Positions 52,282 through 61,960 of a stretch of 64,000 bases of DNA are shown here, one piece after another; the first letter of the stretch is position 1; every line of letters begins with the position of its first letter. The notes under the pieces were generated by a model, which saw nothing but the letters and a program-made list of their open reading frames with translations, was not told the origin of the DNA and did not search any database. This DNA is from Lytechinus pictus (taxonomy: Eukaryota): the NCBI RefSeq assembly GCF_037042905.1, contig NC_087261.1, forward strand, positions 5,084,001 through 5,148,000, read 5' to 3'. The position numbers and the translations under genes were made by a program.

Positions 52282-52391
52282 ATGTCTTGACTGGGGGTGT
52301 CGACCGGAGAATTCTCGAGAAAAAAGCCGACTTTGTTGTTGAGAGTATAGAAGAAGCAGCTGATTTGATCTTGAGTCGCGACTGCTATTGA
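52282..52391 (+). CDS. HAD hydrolase paralog B, coding exon 4 (stop)
   Basis: TTTATAG|AT GTC TTG ACT: (N)VLTGGVDRRILEKKADFVVESIEEAADLILSRDCY*. Total CDS 780 nt = 259 aa. Confidence 0.85.
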
Positions 52392-54154
52392 GATGCCTAT
52401 GTTGTATGGCTTCTATGAAGCTCAATAATAAATCTAAAACCTGTACTGCAAATTTCATTTGTCAGTGTGACCAAATGTAATGTCTTTGTGTGCTACTGCA
52501 ACATCAACAACATAACTTTATGCTGAAACTTGGTGTAAATATAGTATGCTTTTTTTTATCTTAGACACTGCTAGCATTTTATGTATTGGAAGCCAAATAA
52601 TACCTAACCTATGTTATGCATTCCATTTTAATGCTTACTGACAAAATTATTTATTGTGTATTTGCTATTTACTAAATTTCAATGTAAATTCAGGAATTGC
52701 GTACATGTTGTGCACAATTTTTAGACCTTTTTTGTTGTAAAGATTTTATTTCTTAACCCCAAGTTCCTTGGGGAAACATGAAGTGAGTGTTCTCTTATGC
52801 AATATTTTCATGTCAGTTATTTATAGTTATACGGAGTGTATTTTCTTTGTGGATATTTATTGAAATGTATATTTTTGTGAACACTATATCCTCTCCTTGT
52901 ATTTTTTTTATGTAGGGTATGAATTTACACAATATATTTATGTAAGCATATTTTTAACTGCCACGTAATGGAGATATTTAACTCAAATTAATTGGCTGAA
53001 AGCTATCATATTTATAACACTGGCGAGAGGTTTCATGATATTCCCAGAAGTACATTTTGGCTTGCGATCAGTTGATGCTCATAATGTGCAAACCATATTT
53101 AGGCTCTACATCTGTATATTCTCATCTGAATGTACGCTTAATACTGTTACAAAGGTGGCTATGATTGAAATTGGTAAGTACACCAGTCTGTGATATATGT
53201 AGGTAAGGCAAGGGGCATATTGTCGGGGGGGGGGGGGGTGGGTACAGAGATGGAAAGTAAGCAAGGAAAAGGAAGAAAACTCAAAAGGAAGTAAGAGAAA
53301 AACTCTCTGATAATTAAAGAGCTGCTTCATCCATTTTCCATATTGGTTGGGAAAGTTGCAAAAAACTGAGATTGTTATCTTTCACTTGTGACGTGTTTGA
53401 TACTGTGTTTCTTATTGATCATTTGAAAGAAGGTAAATGAGTCTTATTGTTTCCAAATGTTCGTTGGAATTTTACATGAAGTGGATTTCACTTAAATATA
53501 GATTATGTTTATTGTTATTATGTACCATGTACATGCATGCCAGAGAAAAGATTATATAAACATTTAACTGCATGTACGAAGATTGCAAAAGAAAGAATTA
53601 TTTTTATGCTTTTGAATGGAAAATACTATGTTTTTTGAATTACATTTATAAACAACAAATGGGATGCAAACTAGCATGATTTTCATGTCTGATTTCATTT
53701 GTTTTGATTCCTTTGTCTAATGCATTTAGCATACAAGGGAACCAATTTGAAAACTGTCCATACAAGTGTATTACTGAGTCATGATCCTATTAACACGTTC
53801 AAGGTAATATTGAATTGCTAATAAGTTTTAATTTCAAGGGATATAAATTGATTGTCACTGATTTTGCATTAACCTTGTGAATTGGTTAGGAAGAAGGGGT
53901 TCAATTTTAAACCCAACATAGCACCTTTTATATTATGCTGAATTTTATCATATGTAAAACTATGAATTATTATTGTACAAAGTACTTATAGAATAATATA
54001 TGATATAATATATTTATATGAAACAGTAACATGTGTTTTGCTTAATTATTGTATTTCAATTCATGAACATTATATATGGTTCTGTCCTGTTTTAAAAATC
54101 ACTGCTCATTAAAAGCATGGCAAACTCACAATGGAAATCAGTAACCTGATAATA

Positions 54155-55090
54155 AAATGGGAAGGAGGTGTGATGTGAAACAGAGGGATGTAAGCCAGAT
54201 GGAGAGAGGGGTAGGGGGAGGGAGAAAGAGAGATAGAACGGGGGGAGAGAGAGAAAATAATTAAAAAGAGGAGGGGGTGAGGAAGGAATATAGAGAGGAG
54301 ATAGATAAAGGGTGTTAGGAGAGAGAAAAATGTATGATGGGCGAATGGTGAGAGAGAAAAAAAGGTGTGCATGAGGAGAAAGAAAAGGTAAGAGGGGGAG
54401 GAATGGAGAGAAGAGATGAAAGAAAATGTGTGATGAGAAACACAAAATAAGAGTGAGAAAACCGGGAAATGTAGAAAGAAAACTTGAGGGAGGATGAGCA
54501 ATAGGGAGAAGAGATAGAATGTATGAGGAGAAAGGATAGTGGGAGAATGAGAAAGGGGAGGAGTGCATGGTGAGAGAAAAGATGGAGAAAAATTGAGGAG
54601 ATGTGAGGTATGGGAAGAAGAGATAGAGAAAAGGGTGTGAAGGTACAGAAAAGGTAGAGAAGAAGAAATGGGAATGGAAAGAGGAAAAAATGAGGAAAGA
54701 TGAGCAATAGGGAGAAGAGATGGAGAAAATGTGTGGTGATGGGAAACACAAGATAAGAGTGAGAGAAAGCCGGAGAATGGAGAGAGAAAACTTGAGGGAG
54801 AAGAGAGAGAGAGGGAGAGAAAATGTGTGGTGAGAAATACAAGATAAGAGTGTGAGAAAGCCGAGAAATGGAGAGAGAAAAAAAAAATTCAAGGGATGAT
54901 GAGGAATGGGGAGTAGAGATAGAGGAAAGGTGTGAGGAAAGAAGAAAGGCCAAGAACATGAACAAGAAGAATGGAAAAAGAAAAAAATGAGGAATGGGGA
55001 GAAGAGATAGAGAAAAGGTGTGAGGAGAAAGAAAAGGTAACAGCCCTGAGAAAGGGGATGAATAAAGAGAGAAAGAAGGGGGAGGTGCGC
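54155..55090. repeat. GA-rich low-complexity tract with internal ~100-bp repeats
   Basis: Polypurine strand with recurring AAAATGTGTG..ACAAGATAAGAGTG..GAAAGCC units; source of F/S/L-rich ORFs. Confidence 0.85.
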
Positions 55091-55375
55091 GCCAGTGTGG
55101 GTGTGTGTTTGTGAGTGAGAGAGGCGTGTGGAGGTATCACGGCCTGCATGTTGTAATAAGGTGTGTTTAGAAGATAATGATAATTAGGACATAAGAACGG
55201 TGAAAGTCTGAGGAATTTGTGGCCATGCCGAGATAAACTTTAAAACTATGTTGAAAATGTATACAGTCAAGAAAAATTATCTTTTCATGTTTATAGCACT
55301 CTGATATAAATTTTCTATCAGATAAGACTTTTAATTATTTTCGAGCTCTGACTTAATTGGGCATCCCCTGGGCAG

Positions 55376-57370
55376 CAGTGGCGTACCTAGGATTTTCCAC
55401 AGGGGGGGGGGGGGGCAAATTCGTCCGCCAAATAAAGTATTTCGTACCAGAAAAAAATTTGACAAGCAAAAAAAAAAAAAAAAAAGTCTTCAAGACTCGT
55501 CAGGGGGGGGGGGGCAGGGATATGTCCATGGGTGTCGATCGGTATTCTTGGTTGGGGGGGATGATTGACACAAAAGTTCTTGTGGATGGGGATCTTTCAA
55601 CATTACCCCCACTAAAATCACAAGTTAGGACATTTTGGAGTAATTTATATGCATGGTGTTCTTGGAAATTCCTTCATTGTTGTAGTGTACTGTACTTATA
55701 TAATTTCTTTTTGAAAATTCAATTTGTGTTACAAGTAAGCCTATTCTAAACTCATACGAAAGAAAAAATGACAAAAATTGTCTGGACCATGTGCATAGTG
55801 ATCTGTTTATTGAGCATGATGTATACACAGGGGCGTCGATCCATTTCTCAGATTGGGGGGGGGGGGGGGGCAAAATCATGAATCAACGTTCCAAAGGCGC
55901 TCGATCATACAAAACGAACAAACTCACCCACACACCCCTACACCCCCACCCTCACCAACAATGCGAGCGCAAAGCGCGAGCTGAAATTTTTTAGTATGAC
56001 ATGAAAACAGGAAAAATGTACCTGTGTAGGTTTGTTTGTAGTAACTCATGAGGAGCATAAATACATGTATCTCACTAGAGAGCGAGCTAAAATTTCTTTA
56101 TATTCTGACGTGAAAGCTTGATATTCTAAGCATTTTTGGTACCAATGATTAAGATGGGTATAATAGATGCGAGCGCAAAGCGCCAGCTGAAAATTTTGAT
56201 ATTTCGATCTGGAAAAAAAGACAGTTTAATGGACGCTTTTAATAAAGAACAAGATATATACCCAACAAAAAATTATTGCAAATCGAAGCGGGAGTTCTTT
56301 TGAAGTATAGAACTGAAAACGGGACACTCTATTCACCTATTTAATTATGAAAAGTATGGGGTTTTGGTACAGAAATGATGCGAGCGCGAAGCGCGAGCTG
56401 AAAATTTTTATATTCCAATCTGAAAAGCAGACATTCTGAGTACGATTTTCAATCAAAATCGAGTTGGAATCTCAATCTCGCTTGCTGCTGGTTTCAGTGT
56501 AGCATTACAATCTTATTTTTTAGTTGCACATGCGGAATTATTGGGAGGGGGCAAAACGATATGTTCCCCCCAAATATTTTCATTGGTGGGGTGATCGCCC
56601 CCCCCCCCCCCAATCGAAGCCTCTGTGTATACAACTTCTCTCTTAAATCTAACCCGACTGGCAATATCTTTTTTCTTAATGCATGATGATAACATGCAGA
56701 TTCGGACCAATAATTTTATTAAGACTAGCACAAATGACAAACTGTGTGGCTTCTCGTGCGCCATCGGGCTTACCGTCATTCCATAGAGCTATTACTGTAT
56801 GTAATAGCTGTATGGTCATTCCTTAGACGATTTATCTTGCCACCCTTTTACTCCCGTTTATTGTCCACCCTTTTGAATTAATAATTGATGTATTAAAATC
56901 AATTTATTCACCACTGGTGGGATGGAACACCCTATCCACAAAAGTTGTTTTTCGTTGGGGTCCTTTTATGTCATGTGTTAAAAATATCATATACAAAAAC
57001 ATTTCACTCTTTTTCATCTTGAACCTCCATTCATCTATTTAATAGTCCTGAAAAAGAATGTTTTTATTTAATAACAATATACACAAATTGCGAAGAAAAC
57101 AAACTGATTGATGGCATAATCATCACTATAATCATCATGATCAAACTTTTCATTTTTTCATCATCATTATTATAATTTTTCTACCCTAAATTATTGGGGG
57201 GGGGGGGATGATAATACAGGCCATCCCCCCCACTTGAAATATTGGGGGGGATATATCCCCCCCATCCCCCCCGTGATCGACACCCATGGATATGTCCATT
57301 GCATGGGTTGTGACTCGTCGCGGGGGGGGGGGGGGGCAGTCTGCCCCCCCCGTATATAGGTACGCTAGTG
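55376..57370. mobile_element. Triple-nested hAT-like MITEs
   Basis: Outer 55376-57370 (TSD CTGGGCAG/CTAGGCAG), middle 55527-57288 (TSD GATATGTC), inner 55828-56625 (TSD TGTATACA); all have CA..TG ends. Confidence 0.85.
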
Positions 57371-58353
57371 CTAGGCAGCCATGGCTAATACAGACATGAA
57401 TATATGTCATTTGACTAATTGTATACTAAAAAGTTCCCGCTTTCCAACTACTTTCCATTCGTTTTCCAACTACCTGTTTGGAAAGACTTATATTGAGTAT
57501 CATGAGTCTGAAGTTTGATAAGGCATGCACTAATCAGGATTTTATTATATTTTGCAAATTGAAGAAGATCTTTTTTCTTGTAAGTTGACCAGTGCGATTG
57601 ACACATTCGGATATTAATCTGACGCAAGCAATTTTTTTGGCTGTCCGCTTTATATGAGGGGGGGAGTTCACCCTGAAGAAAAGTTTGTTGTAAAAATAGC
57701 AGAAAAAATGATAACAAATATTCATTTGGGTGAAGGTTTGAGGAAACTGTAAAGATTAAGAAGATATTAGAATTTTAAGTTTTGGATTTGTGATCGACGT
57801 CATAAAAGAGCAGCTGCCCCATATGTTACAAAAATACATGAATTTCATAGTGGTTCCTGATGATTTATTTTTGTTTAATTATTTTCATGATCGGTGTGAT
57901 CGAAATGATTTGGCTATTGATATACAAAAGGTACCGACACAGTAAAGATTATTTTCAATTTTCTGAGAATTTGACATTTCATTGATTTTTTTACCGCTAT
58001 GCAGGAATACTGCTCGCATATGACGTCACACATCAAATAATATACAATTCTAATAACTTTTTGATTTTTTTGATGCCGGATATTTCTCACCCAATTTCTG
58101 AAACCTTCGGCAATGTATGTTTTTTATTATAGGCCTAATCTGCTATTTAACAACAAACTTTTTGTCTGGGTAAACCTCCCATTTGATAATTGGTGAAGGT
58201 TGAAGGTTTTTTGTTGTTGCTTTTTTGCCGGGCTTTTTTGCTTTCTTTCTATTTTTTTTTAGAGATCTCCCCTTCTAATTCGAGTTCTTTCCATAGAGAT
58301 ATATACACATCTATCTCTATATGGTTCTTTCTTTCTTTCTTTATTCTTACATG

Positions 58354-58363
58354 TGCGCATGCG
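58354..58363. promoter_or_regulatory. NRF1/P3A2-type site in the HBS1L proximal promoter
   Basis: TGCGCATGCG ~120 bp upstream of the ATG, next to a TACGTCA CRE-like half site. Confidence 0.5.
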
Positions 58364-58481
58364 TTGTGTACGTCAGCAAATATGGTGGAATTCTATGTGA
58401 AACACGTTCATGATTGAGATGATCCTACGTTAAATGATGTTCTGTTTTTTACGGTTTTGTACCTAGGGAGATTGTTGATCA

Positions 58482-58524
58482 ATGGCACGCCATAGAAATA
58501 TCAGAGGGAAGAACTTTGATGAAG
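58482..58524 (+). CDS. HBS1L: HBS1-like translational GTPase, coding exon 1
   Basis: MARHRNIRGKNFDE followed by G|GTAACT; matches the conserved HBS1L N-terminus MARHRNVRG. Confidence 0.9.
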
Positions 58525-60355
58525 GTAACTATGCACTTAAATTGAGAACCATGATGGTCAGATGCTAACTTATATCCTGTGATCGCGATCTTGGACTTGG
58601 GAGAACATTTTCCTACCAAGTCCCACATATTACACACCGTGTTAGTGATACAGTACTAGAGATCTAGTCCTAAACTTGTCGATCGCGATCGCATCCACTC
58701 CTAGTACCAATGAGGTCCAACATTACATGTATGGACCTCATAGGCGACATCAGTAGTATTTTGTGTCAGAAATCTTTGTGAAGATGATTATTTTTGTATT
58801 TTATCAAAACTACAAGCTATCGTACTGTCTAATCATTACATTTCGATCTCACTAATTGAATACATTGTTAGCAATAAAAAAAATTGAAAGAAATGAAGGG
58901 GAACTTACATTTTCACGGCTTTTTCCTGATTTTCTGGGCAACTGCTCCTCTCTTCTGACTCGCGATCGAAGCTGATAATATGAAGATCACGTGATTCGCG
59001 TTCTCGTCAGCTGATCGGTTGGTTATTCTTTTCGTCAGACGTTAATAATATATATTTTATAATGCTAGCATTCATCGCTAATTTAGGTGAAAGAGATTGA
59101 AGTTAAACAGCGCCAGGTCGGAATCATAATTATTTTGGAAGAGTGTATTTATACACTCGATCTCATACCTGACGTAGACGGCGCTATTCAACAAATGCAC
59201 AATCTTCAATATAAAAATAAAACAGAAAGAACGCCTTGAACACAGGCCAAAATGCCTAACGATTTCTCCGCGGCATTAACAACTATCGTAAAGGGCGCTC
59301 CATTTATCAATAAAGATGGACGCTAAGCTGTCTATGGCGACAAAATTTGCCGCAAATATTTACGAAGAATTGTGAGAAATGGTCTGAAAATGCAACAAAA
59401 GAACCGGTGAGTACCGATTAAACATTATTAAATTTATAAATAGATTATACATACCTTGTAGATTTAGTTTTTAAGGTGATATTAGTGCTTAGTTCTAAGC
59501 TAGGGAGGCCCAAACGCGCGTGAGTGGAGTCCCAGTTTATTAGCACGGGTAAGTATTGGGGTGTCGCCTAGAGTGATCGCATCATCAGCTCGCGCTCGCG
59601 CGCTCGGGATGCTCGGGGATCCCAGTCTCGGGCTTGTCATACCAGACCCTGGCAGAAATCGCTGGGCTGTTTTAAAATGGCTATGAGAATTTACAAAACA
59701 GGAATTTGGTATAGGCCTAGATGTGAAACTTAACTTTCAATTTATGAATCACGTCGATCTTCTTACTCTTAGTCTTACTAGCTGGCAGCCGTCTGTTTAA
59801 TTTCGAGGAGTTTTTAAACATTTTTAATTTTTTTTAAATTTCTCCACGTAGAGTCGTACACAGATGGCTCGCGATTGTGCAGCCGCCATTAGGGGATTAA
59901 CAATGCAAATCCCCCCGATGGGGCTCATCGATTTTTGTCTTTATTTCATAAAAATATATAAAATGAACTGGACCAAAATAAAGATTATTATTCCGTTTTG
60001 GCCTGAAATGCACCAAAATGGGGAAAAAATAAACTTAAAAGAACAAAAACAGTGATACTTCGGCTGTCGCGCAACTCCCACTTCCCTGGTTTATCTGAAC
60101 TTAATACATAAACATAAATAAGGCCATTGAGTCCCTGTGCAGCATGCAGATCGAGTTAGAACTTCAGTATCTAAATGGTGAGTGGAGCCAACAGAGTTCA
60201 GCAGAACAACCAAATTAACAGAGACCGAAGCTTTTGGTCTACCTCGATCTTTGCGTACCTGAGCTGAAATCCCGATCCGATTTGATCGTGATTCCAAAAT
60301 CTAAATGAAATCCATGACCATGTTCGAACTGGCAACTCCACCCAATTGAACTAAG

Positions 60356-60588
60356 TAAGACTAAGTTAGATTCCCTGGGCCGATTTCATGAAAGGATCTT
60401 TGCAAGAACTTTCTTTCATGTCATCCATTGACCCATTATGATGTGCTGAACATGGTGAAACGCATTTTCAATTTTTCATTATGCATTTCACCATGTTCAC
60501 AGATCTAGCACATGAATGGGTGACATGAAAGACAGTTCTTGCAAAGATCGTTTCGTGCAATCGGCCCAGGGAATCTAACTTAGTCTTA
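60356..60588. mobile_element. Harbinger-like palindromic MITE in HBS1L intron 1
   Basis: GGGCCGATTTCATGAAAGGATCTTTGCAAGAAC / GTTCTTGCAAAGATCGTTTCGTGCAATCGGCCC plus palindromic flanks. Confidence 0.7.
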
Positions 60589-60998
60589 TTACCTGCAAAC
60601 ATACTTGTCCGTTAAAGTGAAAAAAATTCATTATCGGATGAAAATTGATTTTTAAGCTAGCTAACAAATTTTATTTGTTTATCATAAATTTCAGAAATAA
60701 CCCACAAACGGCGCATCAAAAGATGGATGTTACAAAAGACTGTCCTTGGAAAAATTTGTGCCAACATTTTTCTTTTCCATGTCCATGACCATGGAAAAAA
60801 AAAAAAGATTGGCATCCATTCTTTTAGGAAAATGGCGAAAACAGGAAGGATGGGCAATCATTTGCAATATCCATTCAATTTGCTTTCATCGATAAATATT
60901 TAATTATTCAGCATCACTTCAATTTGTACTCTTTCATCACATTTGAAATTTAAAAAAATGCTGATTCAAATTTTAATTATGAAAATTGATGTTTGCAG

Positions 60999-61073
60999 AT
61001 TATGAAGGTTACGATGATGTGTATGGTCACTCTGTTGAGGATGACTTCATGTATGGGGCATCACCAGCCACAG
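60999..61073 (+). CDS. HBS1L: HBS1L coding exon 2
   Basis: TTGCAG|AT: (D)YEGYDDVYGHSVEDDFMYGASPAT, G|GTAAAA; phases 1/1; conserved YGxSVEDD..SP.T motif. Confidence 0.9.
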
Positions 61074-61679
61074 GTAAAATTCACTCTAAAACTCTCCTCC
61101 TAATCTTAAAAAACCACTAATCATATACCATCGGGAAAAGAACATTAATCTGATCTTGGAATGCCAAAAACTTAATGTGTAAAAATTTGACTATTAAATA
61201 TTGGAAGGGGAGTATGGCTTAATATTTGCCATTGCTGTAAGACATTATGTACATGTAGATATTGAAAGAGAAAATTTACGATGTATATTATAAGTTATTT
61301 TTCAACTTGTTTTGTCTTTTATTTTGTTGAACAGTAAAATTTGAAAGATTTAAAAATTTACATTTATCTTCAGCTTTTTCAAACAATCGTTATTTCTTTT
61401 TGCTTCAAGCATTTTATGCAAAATTCTTAATATGCATATAGTTCAGCAGTGCTTCTAGGGGTATAATATGGCTATGATCTTTCTCTAGTAAGACTTATGT
61501 GTTTATTTTTTACAAACTTTTTTTTATTTATTTATATTTACAGCGATCAGTATCATTTTTTCATCATCTTGATCATTCTTGTTTTATCTTTTTACCATCA
61601 CCACCACCACCATCATTATTATAATATCATCATTACTTCTTTATTCATTTTATGAATATTTACTTTTTTGATTAAATAG

Positions 61680-61826
61680 CCGAACAATTTTTGTATCGTC
61701 GTGGCCATCATGAGCTGTCATCGTACCTAGAAGATATTGGAGAGGATGATAGAAATAGTGATTCAGAGCAACCTCTTGCTGATTCAAGGAATTATGAGCG
61801 ACCAAAACTCAGTGATGTAGATGAAG
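61680..61826 (+). CDS. HBS1L: HBS1L coding exon 3 (gene continues beyond the window)
   Basis: AATAG|CC: (A)EQFLYRRGHHELSSYLEDIGEDD...PKLSDVDE, G|GTATGT; QF(I/L)Y motif; phases 1/1. Confidence 0.85.
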
Positions 61827-61960
61827 GTATGTCCATCATATACAGTTGAGGCCAAAAAAAGTTTACATGCATGCATGGAATTCAGTGAAATTTGTTTGCT
61901 TGCCAAACATTGTAAAATTCACTATATCTCCAGAAATATGAATATAGGTAGTCTACCATG

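Noticed and set aside
52389-52440. Selenocysteine read-through / SECIS in the HAD paralogs (TGA stop, conserved ATGAAG)
   Set aside because: Paralog A ends in TAA, no in-frame TGA at a catalytic position, and no convincing SECIS stem with a GA/GA quartet.
54092-54965. Long minus-strand ORFs (266, 216, 130 aa)
   Set aside because: Translations of GA-rich low-complexity DNA; the same applies to ORFs at 4400-4828, 7366-7875 and 17413-17719.
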